Below the pieces are notes generated by a model. That model did no database searches and was not told where the DNA came from. It was given only the letters and a program-made list of their open reading frames with translations. Position numbers and translations under genes: made by a program. Positions 17,791 through 26,009 of a DNA stretch of 64,000 nucleotides are shown here, piece after piece. The DNA is from Pseudomonadota bacterium (GTDB lineage Bacteria > Pseudomonadota > Alphaproteobacteria > Rhizobiales > Aestuariivirgaceae). The stretch is from NCBI GenBank assembly GCA_049323275.1, contig JBMOOM010000058.1, positions 11,177 to 75,176 on the forward strand. Reading direction: 5' to 3'. Position 1 is the first letter of the stretch, and every line of letters begins with the position of its first letter.

Positions 17791-19581
17791 TCAGGCCGAC
17801 TGGGCGCTGAACTGCAGCTTCGCCAGGCGCGAATAGAGCGGGTTCGACTGGGCGAGCTCGCCATGCTGGCCTTCGGCGACGATACGGCCCTCATCCAGAA
17901 CCAGAATGCGCCCGGCGTTTCTCACCGTCGCCAGGCGATGGGCGATCACCAAAGTGGTGCGATGCTGGGTGAGCTCGGTGATCGCTTCCTGGATCAGCGC
18001 TTCGCTCTCGGCATCGAGGGCGCTCGTCGCCTCGTCGAGGAGAAGGATCGGCGCGTCGCGCAGGATGGCGCGGCCGATGGCGATGCGCTGGCGCTGACCG
18101 CCCGACAGAGTGATGCCGCGCTCGCCGACTTCCGTGTCGTAGCCCTCCGGCAGCCGTTCGGCGAATTCGTCGATGCGGGCGGCGCGCGCCGCCGCCTTGA
18201 TCTCGGCCAAGGACGCCTCGGGCCGGCCGAAACGGATATTGTCGAGCACGCTCCCTGAGAAGATCACGGTCTCCTGCGGCACCACCGCGATGCGCGCTCT
18301 GACGGCGCGCGGATCGGCCAGGCGCACATCGACGCCGTCGACCAGCACGCGGCCGGTCTGCGGGTCGTAGAAGCGCTGCAGCAAAGCGAAGATCGTCGAT
18401 TTGCCGGCGCCGGACGGACCGACGAGGGCGACCGTCTCGCCTTTCGCCACCGAAAAGCTCACGTCTTCGAGCGCCGGGCCGTCGGGCCGGGTCGGATAGT
18501 GGAAGCTCACTGCGTCGAAGACCACTTCGCCCTTGGCGGGGGTGGGGAGCGGCACGGGGGAAGGGGGCGCCGAGATGGCGGGCTTCTCATCGAGAAGCTC
18601 GGCGATGCGCTCCGCGGCGCCGGAAGCCGCCTGAACCTCGCCCCAGACCTGCGACAGCTCGCCGAGCGCGCTCGCCGCCAGCACGGCGTAAAGCACGAAC
18701 TGGCTGAGGGCGCCGGGCGACATGGATCCGGAGATCACCTCGCGCGCGCCATACCAGAGCACCGCCGTCACCGAGCCCAGCGACAGGAAGATGATCGCCC
18801 CGGTCAGGAAGGCGCGGGCGCGGGTGCGCCTGGCCGACGCGTCGAAGGCAATGGCGGTCGCGTCCTTGAACGCCTTGATGGCGGTCAGCTCCTGGACGAA
18901 GGACTGCACCGCCGTCACCGCCAGCAGGCGCTCCTGCGCGTAGGCGGCCGAATGGGCGAGCGTGTCCTGCGCCTCGCGCGACAGCGCGCGGACCCGCCGG
19001 CCGAAGAAGATGAGCGGCAGCACGATCAACGGGATGGCGAGGAGGACCAGGCCCGACAATCTGGCGCTGGTCACCACCATCATCAAGGCGGCGCCGACCA
19101 GCATCACAAGATTGCGCAGCGCGATCGAGGCCGAGGTCGAAAAGGCCGATTTGACCTGGGTCGTGTCGGCGGTGAGGCGCGAGACGATCTCGCCCGAGCG
19201 GTTCGCCTCGTAGAAGGCGGGGCTGAGGTCGAGGAGGTGCTTGAACAGGAGATCGCGGGTGTCGGCGACGATACGCTCGCCGAGCCAGGTGACGAGATAG
19301 AAGCGGGCGGCCGAGGCGAGCGCCAGGACGGCCACCACGGCCAGCATGACGGCGAAATATTGATTGATGAGGAGGCTGCCCTCGGCCGAGAAGCCGTGGT
19401 CGATGACCCGGCGCACCGCCAGCGGCACGCTGAGGGTGGCGAGGGCCGCCACCACCAGGGCCAGGAAGGCCAGGGCGACGGGCAGGCGATAGGCCTTGAG
19501 CAGGGGTAAGAAGCGACGGAGCGGCTTCAGGCTCTTGCCGGCAGGCCGGGCCGGAGCGGTATCTTCGGTTGAACGAGCCAT
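17791..19581 (-). CDS. ABC exporter, fused TMD-NBD (ABCB/MsbA-like)
   Basis: Six TM helices; GPSGAGKS, LSGGQRQR, LLLDEATSALD. Confidence 0.93.
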   Translation of the reverse strand: MARSTEDTAPARPAGKSLKPLRRFLPLLKAYRLPVALAFLALVVAALATLSVPLAVRRVIDHGFSAEGSLLINQYFAVMLAVVAVLALASAARFYLVTWLGERIVADTRDLLFKHLLDLSPAFYEANRSGEIVSRLTADTTQVKSAFSTSASIALRNLVMLVGAALMMVVTSARLSGLVLLAIPLIVLPLIFFGRRVRALSREAQDTLAHSAAYAQERLLAVTAVQSFVQELTAIKAFKDATAIAFDASARRTRARAFLTGAIIFLSLGSVTAVLWYGAREVISGSMSPGALSQFVLYAVLAASALGELSQVWGEVQAASGAAERIAELLDEKPAISAPPSPVPLPTPAKGEVVFDAVSFHYPTRPDGPALEDVSFSVAKGETVALVGPSGAGKSTIFALLQRFYDPQTGRVLVDGVDVRLADPRAVRARIAVVPQETVIFSGSVLDNIRFGRPEASLAEIKAAARAARIDEFAERLPEGYDTEVGERGITLSGGQRQRIAIGRAILRDAPILLLDEATSALDAESEALIQEAITELTQHRTTLVIAHRLATVRNAGRILVLDEGRIVAEGQHGELAQSNPLYSRLAKLQFSAQSA

Positions 19582-19635
19582 TTTGCTCCAGTTAGACTAC
19601 CCGGACCGGCCTAAAAAGGGGCCAAGCCGCCGCAC

Positions 19636-19664
19636 TTGCGCTGGGGGGCCCCCTCCTGTATAGA
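19636..19664 (+). promoter_or_regulatory. Probable sigma70 promoter of rpmE
   Basis: TTGCGC-N17-TATAGA. Confidence 0.6.
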
Positions 19665-19732
19665 CGCCGCCCGAAGCCCTTAAATTAGCAGTTTCCGGGC
19701 GCCGCGGGCGCGCCTCCAAGAGAGTTTACGCC

Positions 19733-19954
19733 ATGAAGAAAGACATTCATCCCAATTACCACATGATCAACGTGGTGATGACCGACGGCAGCAAGTTCCA
19801 GACCCGTTCGACCTACGGCAAGGAAGGCGACACGCTCAATCTCGACATCGACCCGAAGTCGCATCCGGCGTGGACCGGCGGCCAGCAGACGCTCATCGAC
19901 CGCGGCGGCCGCGTCAGCAAGTTCAAGCAGAAGTTCGGCTTCCTCAACAAGTAA
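19733..19954 (+). CDS. rpmE: 50S ribosomal protein L31
   Basis: [10 protein letters not shown]...[13 protein letters not shown]...GGRVSKF. Confidence 0.97.
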   Translation: MKKDIHPNYHMINVVMTDGSKFQTRSTYGKEGDTLNLDIDPKSHPAWTGGQQTLIDRGGRVSKFKQKFGFLNK

Positions 19955-19979
19955 GCCCGGCTTTCAGCCCAGGATCACG

Positions 19980-20009
19980 AACCCGGCCGTCGCGCCGGGT
20001 TTTGTGTTT
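19980..20009 (+). terminator. Intrinsic terminator after rpmE
   Basis: AACCCGGC-loop-GCCGGGTT followed by TTGTGTTT. Confidence 0.7.
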
Positions 20010-20097
20010 GGGAGAGCGCTGTTGCAGCTTTTGGCGGAGAGATGGATAGCGGCGGCGTCAGCGCCTACATAGCAGGCTTCGAGAACAGGAAACCGCC

Positions 20098-20400
20098 ATG
20101 CCGACGGAAAACCAGCCCCGCATCGCCATCACCTACTGCACCCAGTGCCAGTGGCTGCTCCGCGCCGCCTGGATGGCGCAGGAGCTTTTGTCGACTTTCA
20201 CCACCGAACTGGGCGAGGTCGCCCTCATTCCGGGCACCGGCGGCATCTTCCAGATCACCTGCGGCGATGAGCTGGTCTGGGACCGCAAGCGCGACGGCGG
20301 CTTTCCGGACGTGAAGACGCTCAAGCAGCTGGTGCGCGACCGGGTCGCGCCCGAGCGCGATCTCGGCCACACCGACCGGGGGGCGGAAGAGCGCACATGA
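20098..20400 (+). CDS. SelT/SelW/SelH (Rdx) family protein
   Basis: ITYCTQCQWLLRAAWMAQELLSTF...GGIFQI...WDRKRDGGFP. Confidence 0.92.
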   Translation: MPTENQPRIAITYCTQCQWLLRAAWMAQELLSTFTTELGEVALIPGTGGIFQITCGDELVWDRKRDGGFPDVKTLKQLVRDRVAPERDLGHTDRGAEERT

Positions 20401-20526
20401 CGGTGGTCCGGGCGCTCGGCCGGGCCGATCTGGCCGATGTGCGCGCGCTGAAAGGGACATTCACCGTCGAAGCCGCGCGAAATCCCATCGTTCTGGTATC
20501 TGCCGCTGGAATGAAGCTCGGTCCCT

Positions 20527-21024
20527 CTATGCAGCCAGATCCACGTCCGGCTGATTGACATAGATCAGTACACCGATGATGGCGACGTAGAATTTGAAGG
20601 CGGCCTCCTGGCCGTTCCAGGTCTGCGACTGCCACATCGCGAACCACTCGCCGCCCACCACCATGAAGCCGAAGAACCAGACGAGGAAGCCCATGGTGGC
20701 GCCGATGACGGCGAAGCGCTTGGCCCTGTTGAATTGTGCGCCGCTCGCGTGGCGCGCCTGCCAGAGATGCAAGGCGCCGATGAGAAACAGAAGGAAGGTC
20801 AGCGCCTCGCCCAGAATGATGAGCCAGTAGCCGACATGCCAGAGGCTCTCATTGGTAATGGCGCGGTACATCAGCTTGTTTCCGGGAAAGGTCGTGTCCA
20901 TGCTGAGCACGTGCTGGACGAAGGCGAAATTGGAGCCGTAATCGGTGATGTTGCCGAAGGCCACCATGAAGGCGAAAGCCGCCAGGCACAGGCACATGAT
21001 GATCTTGGACAGGCGCACGGTCAT
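20527..21024 (-). CDS. DUF2165 family membrane protein
   Basis: GNITDYGSNFAFVQHVLSMDTTFP...GGEWFAMWQSQTWNGQEAAF. Confidence 0.9.
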   Translation of the reverse strand: MTVRLSKIIMCLCLAAFAFMVAFGNITDYGSNFAFVQHVLSMDTTFPGNKLMYRAITNESLWHVGYWLIILGEALTFLLFLIGALHLWQARHASGAQFNRAKRFAVIGATMGFLVWFFGFMVVGGEWFAMWQSQTWNGQEAAFKFYVAIIGVLIYVNQPDVDLAA

Positions 21025-21115
21025 GGCCGAATCTCCCCCATATGCGATGGCGCCATTTTAACTGGAGCCAGATCGCGCCGCCATGAGATAGTCGGGCGAT
21101 CCCGAAGGAGCCGTC

Positions 21116-21358
21116 ATGCGCAAGACCATCATCGCCCTGACCGACAGCGCCGCGCGCTATGCCGACAGACATGGCATCAGGGCCGAGGTGACGACGCTCG
21201 ATCTCGATGGCCAATGCGTGGCCGGCGACATCATTTCCTTCGAGCGCGAGGAGATGCCGCATGACTTTGTCATTCTGCGGCGGCGCTGGGTGATCTCCGG
21301 CAAGCGCCGCGAGTTCGAAATCACCCTCGATCATCCGGCTCGTCCACTGAAGGCCTGA
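21116..21358 (+). CDS. Small hypothetical protein
   Basis: 80-aa ORF with GGAG RBS and GC3-rich codons; no recognised motif. Confidence 0.7.
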   Translation: MRKTIIALTDSAARYADRHGIRAEVTTLDLDGQCVAGDIISFEREEMPHDFVILRRRWVISGKRREFEITLDHPARPLKA

Positions 21359-21516
21359 GGCGGGAATTCCCTGCAAAATTCCTATCTTGAATTCAGGTAA
21401 GTCTACAGGGAGTTACAGGCATTATCAGGGTATTTTCGCGAAATTCGCAGAACCCGGCTGCCCCACCTCCAGGCGAGGCTGACAATATCCAACAGCCACG
21501 TCCGCGGCTTCAAGAT

Positions 21517-22056
21517 CTAGCGGCGTGCCGTTTTGAACACCGCCGCCAGCCGGTCCATCTGATGACTGACCGGATTGGGTTGCGGCGGGGCGAGGCGCGC
21601 TTTGGCGGAGAGCATCTCGTCGAGCTTCTGGATGCGCTCATGCAGCCTGAGCGACCGGTCGACGAGGTCCTTCAGCGCCAGGGGAATCTGGTCATAGCCG
21701 GTCATGACATGGCCGGCGCCGATCTCGGAGAGATGGATGCGGTGTTTCTCCTTGGAAGCGTCCTCGACCGAGATTTCTCCGGCCGAGACGGCGCGCTGGA
21801 GCAGGAGCCAGGAAGCGAGCTGCATCAGCCGGGTCGTCAGGCGCATGCTTTCGGTGGCGTAGGCGATGGCGCCGGTGCGGTCGAGCAGGCGGGCATCCTG
21901 GCGGCCGGGACCGTCGAGATAATTCGCGGTCTCCTCGACCAGGCCCATGCCTTCCTTGAAGATCGAGGCGAACTGATCGGAGGCGGTGAAGCGCGCCAGA
22001 AAGTCGACCAGGCTCTCACCGCGGCCATTCGTGGAATTGTCCCCTGTCACCATCAT
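21517..22056 (-). CDS. rcdA: Regulator of CtrA degradation RcdA (DUF1465)
   Basis: FKEGMGLVEETANYLDGPGR...YATESMRLTTRLMQLASWLLLQRAV; start placed at the MMVTG ATG (the ORF extends to 22089). Confidence 0.92.
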   Translation of the reverse strand: MMVTGDNSTNGRGESLVDFLARFTASDQFASIFKEGMGLVEETANYLDGPGRQDARLLDRTGAIAYATESMRLTTRLMQLASWLLLQRAVSAGEISVEDASKEKHRIHLSEIGAGHVMTGYDQIPLALKDLVDRSLRLHERIQKLDEMLSAKARLAPPQPNPVSHQMDRLAAVFKTARR

Positions 22057-22105
22057 GAGAATCGTTTCTTTCGTTTTTCTCCGTCGCACCCTCAGCGGAA
22101 CGGGC

Positions 22106-22120
22106 TTAACGGAACATTAA
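22106..22120. promoter_or_regulatory. CtrA box upstream of rcdA
   Basis: Exact TTAAcggaacaTTAA; rcdA is a known CtrA target in Caulobacter. Confidence 0.8.
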
Positions 22121-22191
22121 AACCTGCGTCATTTTCGGGCACTATCCACAGAAAACGGCCCGGTGCTCTGGTGATGAGCAAATCGCGGGCC

Positions 22192-22219
22192 AAAAAAAAG
22201 CCGCGCAAAAGCGCGGCTT
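22192..22219 (-). terminator. Intrinsic terminator on the minus strand
   Basis: 9-bp stem (22198-22206/22211-22219) plus 8 A on the plus strand. Confidence 0.85.
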
Positions 22220-22330
22220 AAAAGGTTCTAACAGGGAGGCGTCAAACAGAGTGGACAGGAGCCACTCGGAGAATCCAGATGACTGGATTACATTGATGAA
22301 AATACAACCGAATCCCTTACTGATTGGTTA
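22192..22330 (-). ncRNA. Probable trans-acting sRNA between DUF1192 and rcdA (possibly BjrC1505 family)
   Basis: ORF-free gap; strong minus-strand terminator AAGCCGCGC-TTTT-GCGCGGCTT followed by a U-run; preceded by CU-rich CUCCUGUCCACUCUGUUUGACGCCUCCCUG. The 5' end is approximate and the family name is from recall. Confidence 0.55.
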
Positions 22331-22371
22331 ACGATACGGTTGCTTAACGCAAAAAGAGTCTGAACGCCGTC

Positions 22372-22560
22372 TCAGCTCCGGAAAAATGCGTCGGCAGCGG
22401 CCTTGCTCGACTGCTTGCCGGCGATGGCTTCGCGGATGCGGACGATTTCGGATTCCAAAAGGTGAACGCGGTGTTCAAGTTCGGCAACCGACAGCAGGGC
22501 CAGATCCTCACCAATGACGATGCCGGGTTTCTTGACGGGACGGATGTCGTCGAGGTCCAT
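22372..22560 (-). CDS. DUF1192 family small protein
   Basis: MDLDDIRPVKKPGIVIGEDLALLSVAELEHRVHLLESEIVRI; GGAG RBS. Confidence 0.88.
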   Translation of the reverse strand: MDLDDIRPVKKPGIVIGEDLALLSVAELEHRVHLLESEIVRIREAIAGKQSSKAAADAFFRS

Positions 22561-22742
22561 GTGCCTACTCCCTTGACGATGTGACCAGAATGGGCAGTTT
22601 GGCCTGTGCTTTCCGCCTCTGCAAGTCCGGCACGCCGCACTAGAGCCCTTCTCGTCGAGCAGCTTTGGCGGGAAGCGCTCTAGGCGCGCGCCCTGAACAA
22701 GCGCGTGCCGATCCCGCGCCCAATTCAACAAGGAGTCTCCCC

Positions 22743-23741
22743 ATGACCGCGCTGCCCGCCAAGATGACCGCCATCGCCATCACGACGCCGGGCGGTCCGG
22801 ATGTGCTCAAGCCCACGGAAATCGCCGTGCCGGCTCTCAAGGATCATGAGATTCTGATCAAGGTCGCCGCCGCGGGCGTCAACCGGCCGGATGTACTGCA
22901 GCGGCAGGGCGGCTATCCGCCGCCCGCCGGGGCGCCTTCGACGCCGGGCCTCGAAGTGGCGGGGCATGTGGTGGCCCGGGGCGGGCAGGTGAAGCGCTAC
23001 CGGGAGGGCGACGCCGTCACCGCCCTGGTGCCGGGGGGCGGCTATGCCGAATATTGCGCGGCGGCCGAAGACAATGCGCTCCCGGTCCCGGACGGCATTT
23101 CCCTCATCGAGGCAGGGGGCATCCCCGAGACCTTCTTCACCGTGTGGACCAATGTCTTCGAACGGGGCGGGCTCAAGCCCGGCGAGACGCTGCTCATCCA
23201 TGGCGGCTCGAGCGGCATCGGCACCACGGCCATCATGATGGCGCATCGCCTGGGCTCCAGAGTGTTCGCGACCGCCGGCTCGCCGGACAAATGCCGCGCC
23301 TGCGAGGCCCTGGGGGCCGAACGCGGCATCGATTACCGGGCCGAGGACTTCGTCCAGATCACCAAGGCGGCAACCGACGGCAAGGGCGCCGACGTGATCC
23401 TCGACATGGTCGGGGGTGACTATGTCGGGCGCAATCTCGCCGTCGCCGCGATGCATGGCCGGATCGTCAATATCGCCTTCCTCAAGGGTTCGAAGGTCGA
23501 GGTCGATCTCCTGCCCATCATGCTGAAGCGGCTGACCCTGACCGGCTCGACGCTCAGGCCGCGCAGCGTCGCCGAAAAGGCGGAAATCGCCCGCGCTCTG
23601 GAGGCCCGGGTCTGGCCGCTTCTGACCCAGGGCAAGATCAAGCCGCAGATCTTCAAGACATTTCCCCTGGCCGGGGCCGCGGAGGCGCACCGGTTGATGG
23701 AAACGAGCGCTCATGTGGGCAAGATTGTGCTTGTGCCGTGA
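22743..23741 (+). CDS. NAD(P)H:quinone oxidoreductase, PIG3 family (MDR)
   Basis: AAGVNRPDVLQRQG, PGLEVAG, HGGSSGIGTTA, HVGKIVL. Confidence 0.93.
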   Translation: MTALPAKMTAIAITTPGGPDVLKPTEIAVPALKDHEILIKVAAAGVNRPDVLQRQGGYPPPAGAPSTPGLEVAGHVVARGGQVKRYREGDAVTALVPGGGYAEYCAAAEDNALPVPDGISLIEAGGIPETFFTVWTNVFERGGLKPGETLLIHGGSSGIGTTAIMMAHRLGSRVFATAGSPDKCRACEALGAERGIDYRAEDFVQITKAATDGKGADVILDMVGGDYVGRNLAVAAMHGRIVNIAFLKGSKVEVDLLPIMLKRLTLTGSTLRPRSVAEKAEIARALEARVWPLLTQGKIKPQIFKTFPLAGAAEAHRLMETSAHVGKIVLVP

Positions 23742-23828
23742 CGTCCCCAGCGCCTATATAACCCTTATTCCATTCATCTTTTGATCCCTGAGATCACAGA
23801 GCCATCGGTTCTGAAGGAGTTTTTACCT

Positions 23829-24545
23829 ATGTCACGCGCACCTTTGATGCCTAAGGCCACCGCCGTGTGGCTCGTCGAGAATACCGCGCTCACCTTCCGC
23901 CAGATCGCCGATTTCTGCGGTCTGCATGAGCTCGAGGTGAAAGGCATTGCCGATGGCGATGTCGCGCAGGGGATCAAGGGGCTCGATCCGGTGACCGGCG
24001 GCCAGCTCACCCGCGAGGAGATCGAAAAGGGCGAGAAGGATCCTGAATACCGCCTCAGGCTGCTCGAGCCGAAGGTCAATATCGCCATCCAGAAGTCGAC
24101 CAAGGGACCGCGCTATACGCCGGTGTCGAAGCGCGGCGACCGTCCCGACGCCATCGCCTGGCTCCTGCGCTATCATCCGGAGCTGCCGGATTCGCAGATC
24201 ATGAAACTCGTCGGCACCACCAAGACGACGATCGCCGCGATCCGCGACCGCACCCACTGGAACGCCCCCAACATCAAGCCGGTCGACCCGGTGTCGCTGG
24301 GCCTGTGCTCGCAGATCGATCTCGATTTCGCCGTGCAAAAGGCCGCCCGCCGGTCCGGCCGCGGCTATGTGCCGGATGCCGAGCCGGTGCGTACGCTGAT
24401 CCCGGCCGCAGCTGCGGTGGCGCCCGCCGAGCCGCCGCACGAGGACGAAGCCCCGCATGCCAAGCGGCACGAAGAAGAGGAATATGACGCCGATTCAGTC
24501 TTCGCCAAGCTGAAGGGCCTGAAAGCCCCGTCCGAGGACGAATAA
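23829..24545 (+). CDS. trcR: DUF1013 family RNA-polymerase-associated cell-cycle regulator (TrcR-like)
   Basis: PLMPKATAVWLVENTALTFRQIADFCGLHELEV...GPRYTPVSKRGDRPDAI. Confidence 0.85.
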   Translation: MSRAPLMPKATAVWLVENTALTFRQIADFCGLHELEVKGIADGDVAQGIKGLDPVTGGQLTREEIEKGEKDPEYRLRLLEPKVNIAIQKSTKGPRYTPVSKRGDRPDAIAWLLRYHPELPDSQIMKLVGTTKTTIAAIRDRTHWNAPNIKPVDPVSLGLCSQIDLDFAVQKAARRSGRGYVPDAEPVRTLIPAAAAVAPAEPPHEDEAPHAKRHEEEEYDADSVFAKLKGLKAPSEDE

Positions 24546-25144
24546 TGCGTATACTGATCATCGGCGCGTCGGGCGCGCTCGGCCAGGCGGCGGTCGCGGC
24601 GCTTGAGGGCCGCCATGAGATCGTCACCGCCGGGCGCTCGTCGGGCGACGTGAAGGTCGATCTCACGGACCGCGCTTCGATCGAGCGCATGTTCAAGGAG
24701 GCCGGCAAGCTCGACGCTGTCGTCACCTGCACCGGGCATGCTCATTTCGGCCCGATCACGACGATGACCGAAGATCAGTTCATGCATGGCCTCAAGGACA
24801 AGCTGATGGGCCAGGTGAATGTGGTGCTGGTCGGCCAGTCGCTCATCAATGACGGGGGCTCCTTCACATTGACCGGCGGCGTGCTCGACCGCGATCCGAT
24901 CCGCAAGGGCGTCAATGCCTCGACGGTGAACGGCGCGCTCAACGCCTTTGCGATGAGCGCGGCCATCGAGCTTCCGCGCGGCATCCGCATCAATGTGGTG
25001 AGCCCGACCGTGCTCGAGGTCTCGGCGCAGAAATATGACGGCTTCTTCCCGGGCCATATGCCGGTCTCTTCGGCGCGCGTCGGCCTCGCTTATGTGAAAT
25101 GCGTCGAAGGCGCCATCACCGGCAAGGTGATCGAGCTCGACTGA
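24545..25144 (+). CDS. Short-chain dehydrogenase
   Basis: MRILIIGASGALGQA Rossmann motif; ATG overlaps the previous stop (TAATG). Confidence 0.88.
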   Translation: MRILIIGASGALGQAAVAALEGRHEIVTAGRSSGDVKVDLTDRASIERMFKEAGKLDAVVTCTGHAHFGPITTMTEDQFMHGLKDKLMGQVNVVLVGQSLINDGGSFTLTGGVLDRDPIRKGVNASTVNGALNAFAMSAAIELPRGIRINVVSPTVLEVSAQKYDGFFPGHMPVSSARVGLAYVKCVEGAITGKVIELD

Positions 25145-25173
25145 CCGGAGACGGCTTCGGTCTCACGGAATAC

Positions 25174-25255
25174 CGAAATGGCCGCCTGTAGATCACGGTG
25201 AATTTGGATCGAAACGATTCAAACTCATACCCGTGATCTACAGGCGGCCATTTCG
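25174..25255. repeat. Palindromic RIME-like element (A unit) inside a 25-bp perfect inverted repeat
   Basis: CGAAATGGCCGCCTGTAGATCACGG (25174-25198) and its exact reverse complement (25231-25255); the TAGATCACG...CGTGATCTA core is shared with the copies at 46231 and 54650. Confidence 0.8.
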
Positions 25256-25543
25256 CATTGTGGGACTTTTCGCCCATGTCCGCTCCCGCACAGGTTGATT
25301 TCTCTGCAGGAAACATTTCTGCGGCATTCTGTCCTTATTTCTGTTGTAAATACAACATTGGCATTGTAATATGCGCATTACCTTGAGCGATTTCGCTGGG
25401 CGGCAAAAGGTCTTTCGCCGCAAACAACAAGAAAAACTGTAGTAAGAACAATAGGTTCATTGTGAACCGGATATGAACGGAGGAACGGGGATTTGTTCAG
25501 CCAGTGAATCTTATGTTGGACATTGCAACATTGGAGGTTAAAA

Positions 25544-25900
25544 ATGTTCAGCACATTCACTTTCAAAGTCCTGGGTTCCCTGGCCCTGATCGCTCTGGTG
25601 GCGATGGGCACGGCCGGTCCGGTCGCGGCCGGAAAGAAGAACAAGGTCCCCGGTCATTGGGAGCGCGGCCAGGAGGGCGGCTTCGAATGGGTCGGCAAGA
25701 AGAAATACAAGCCGAAGAATGCCCAGCCGGTGGTGCGTGATCACCGCAATGGCGCGAGCGGCGGCGGGGTTACGGTGACCGAAAGCGGCGCCCCGGTCGT
25801 TCGCGATCATCGCAAGGAGCCGGTGGTGCGCGACCATCGCGCGCAGCCGGAAGTGCGCGATCATCGCAAGAAGAAACCGTTTGGAATGCCGAGTTTTTGA
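25544..25900 (+). CDS. Secreted basic protein with four P(V/E)VRDHR repeats
   Basis: GGAGG RBS; signal peptide MFSTFTFKVLGSLALIALVAMGTAGPVAA; PVVRDHR x3 and PEVRDHR x1. Confidence 0.8.
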   Translation: MFSTFTFKVLGSLALIALVAMGTAGPVAAGKKNKVPGHWERGQEGGFEWVGKKKYKPKNAQPVVRDHRNGASGGGVTVTESGAPVVRDHRKEPVVRDHRAQPEVRDHRKKKPFGMPSF

Positions 25901-26009
25901 CGAGGGAAGTGAGGAGGCTGTTCATCACAAGGCTGGGGGCGCCGGTTCGGTGGAATCGGCGCCGGGGACGCGGGAATACCGAGTTTTCACAACGATGCGG
26001 TGTATGGGA

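Noticed and set aside
19733-19954. Zinc-free L31 as a zinc-starvation paralogue
   Set aside because: Cys-free L31 is the normal form in alphaproteobacteria and it sits in the usual locus beside rcdA
20098-20400. Selenoprotein
   Set aside because: The motif is CTQC with two TGC codons and no in-frame TGA
25359-25375. Sigma54 promoter TGGCAT...TATGC upstream of the VRDHR gene
   Set aside because: GG-to-GC spacing is one base too long for a -24/-12 promoter
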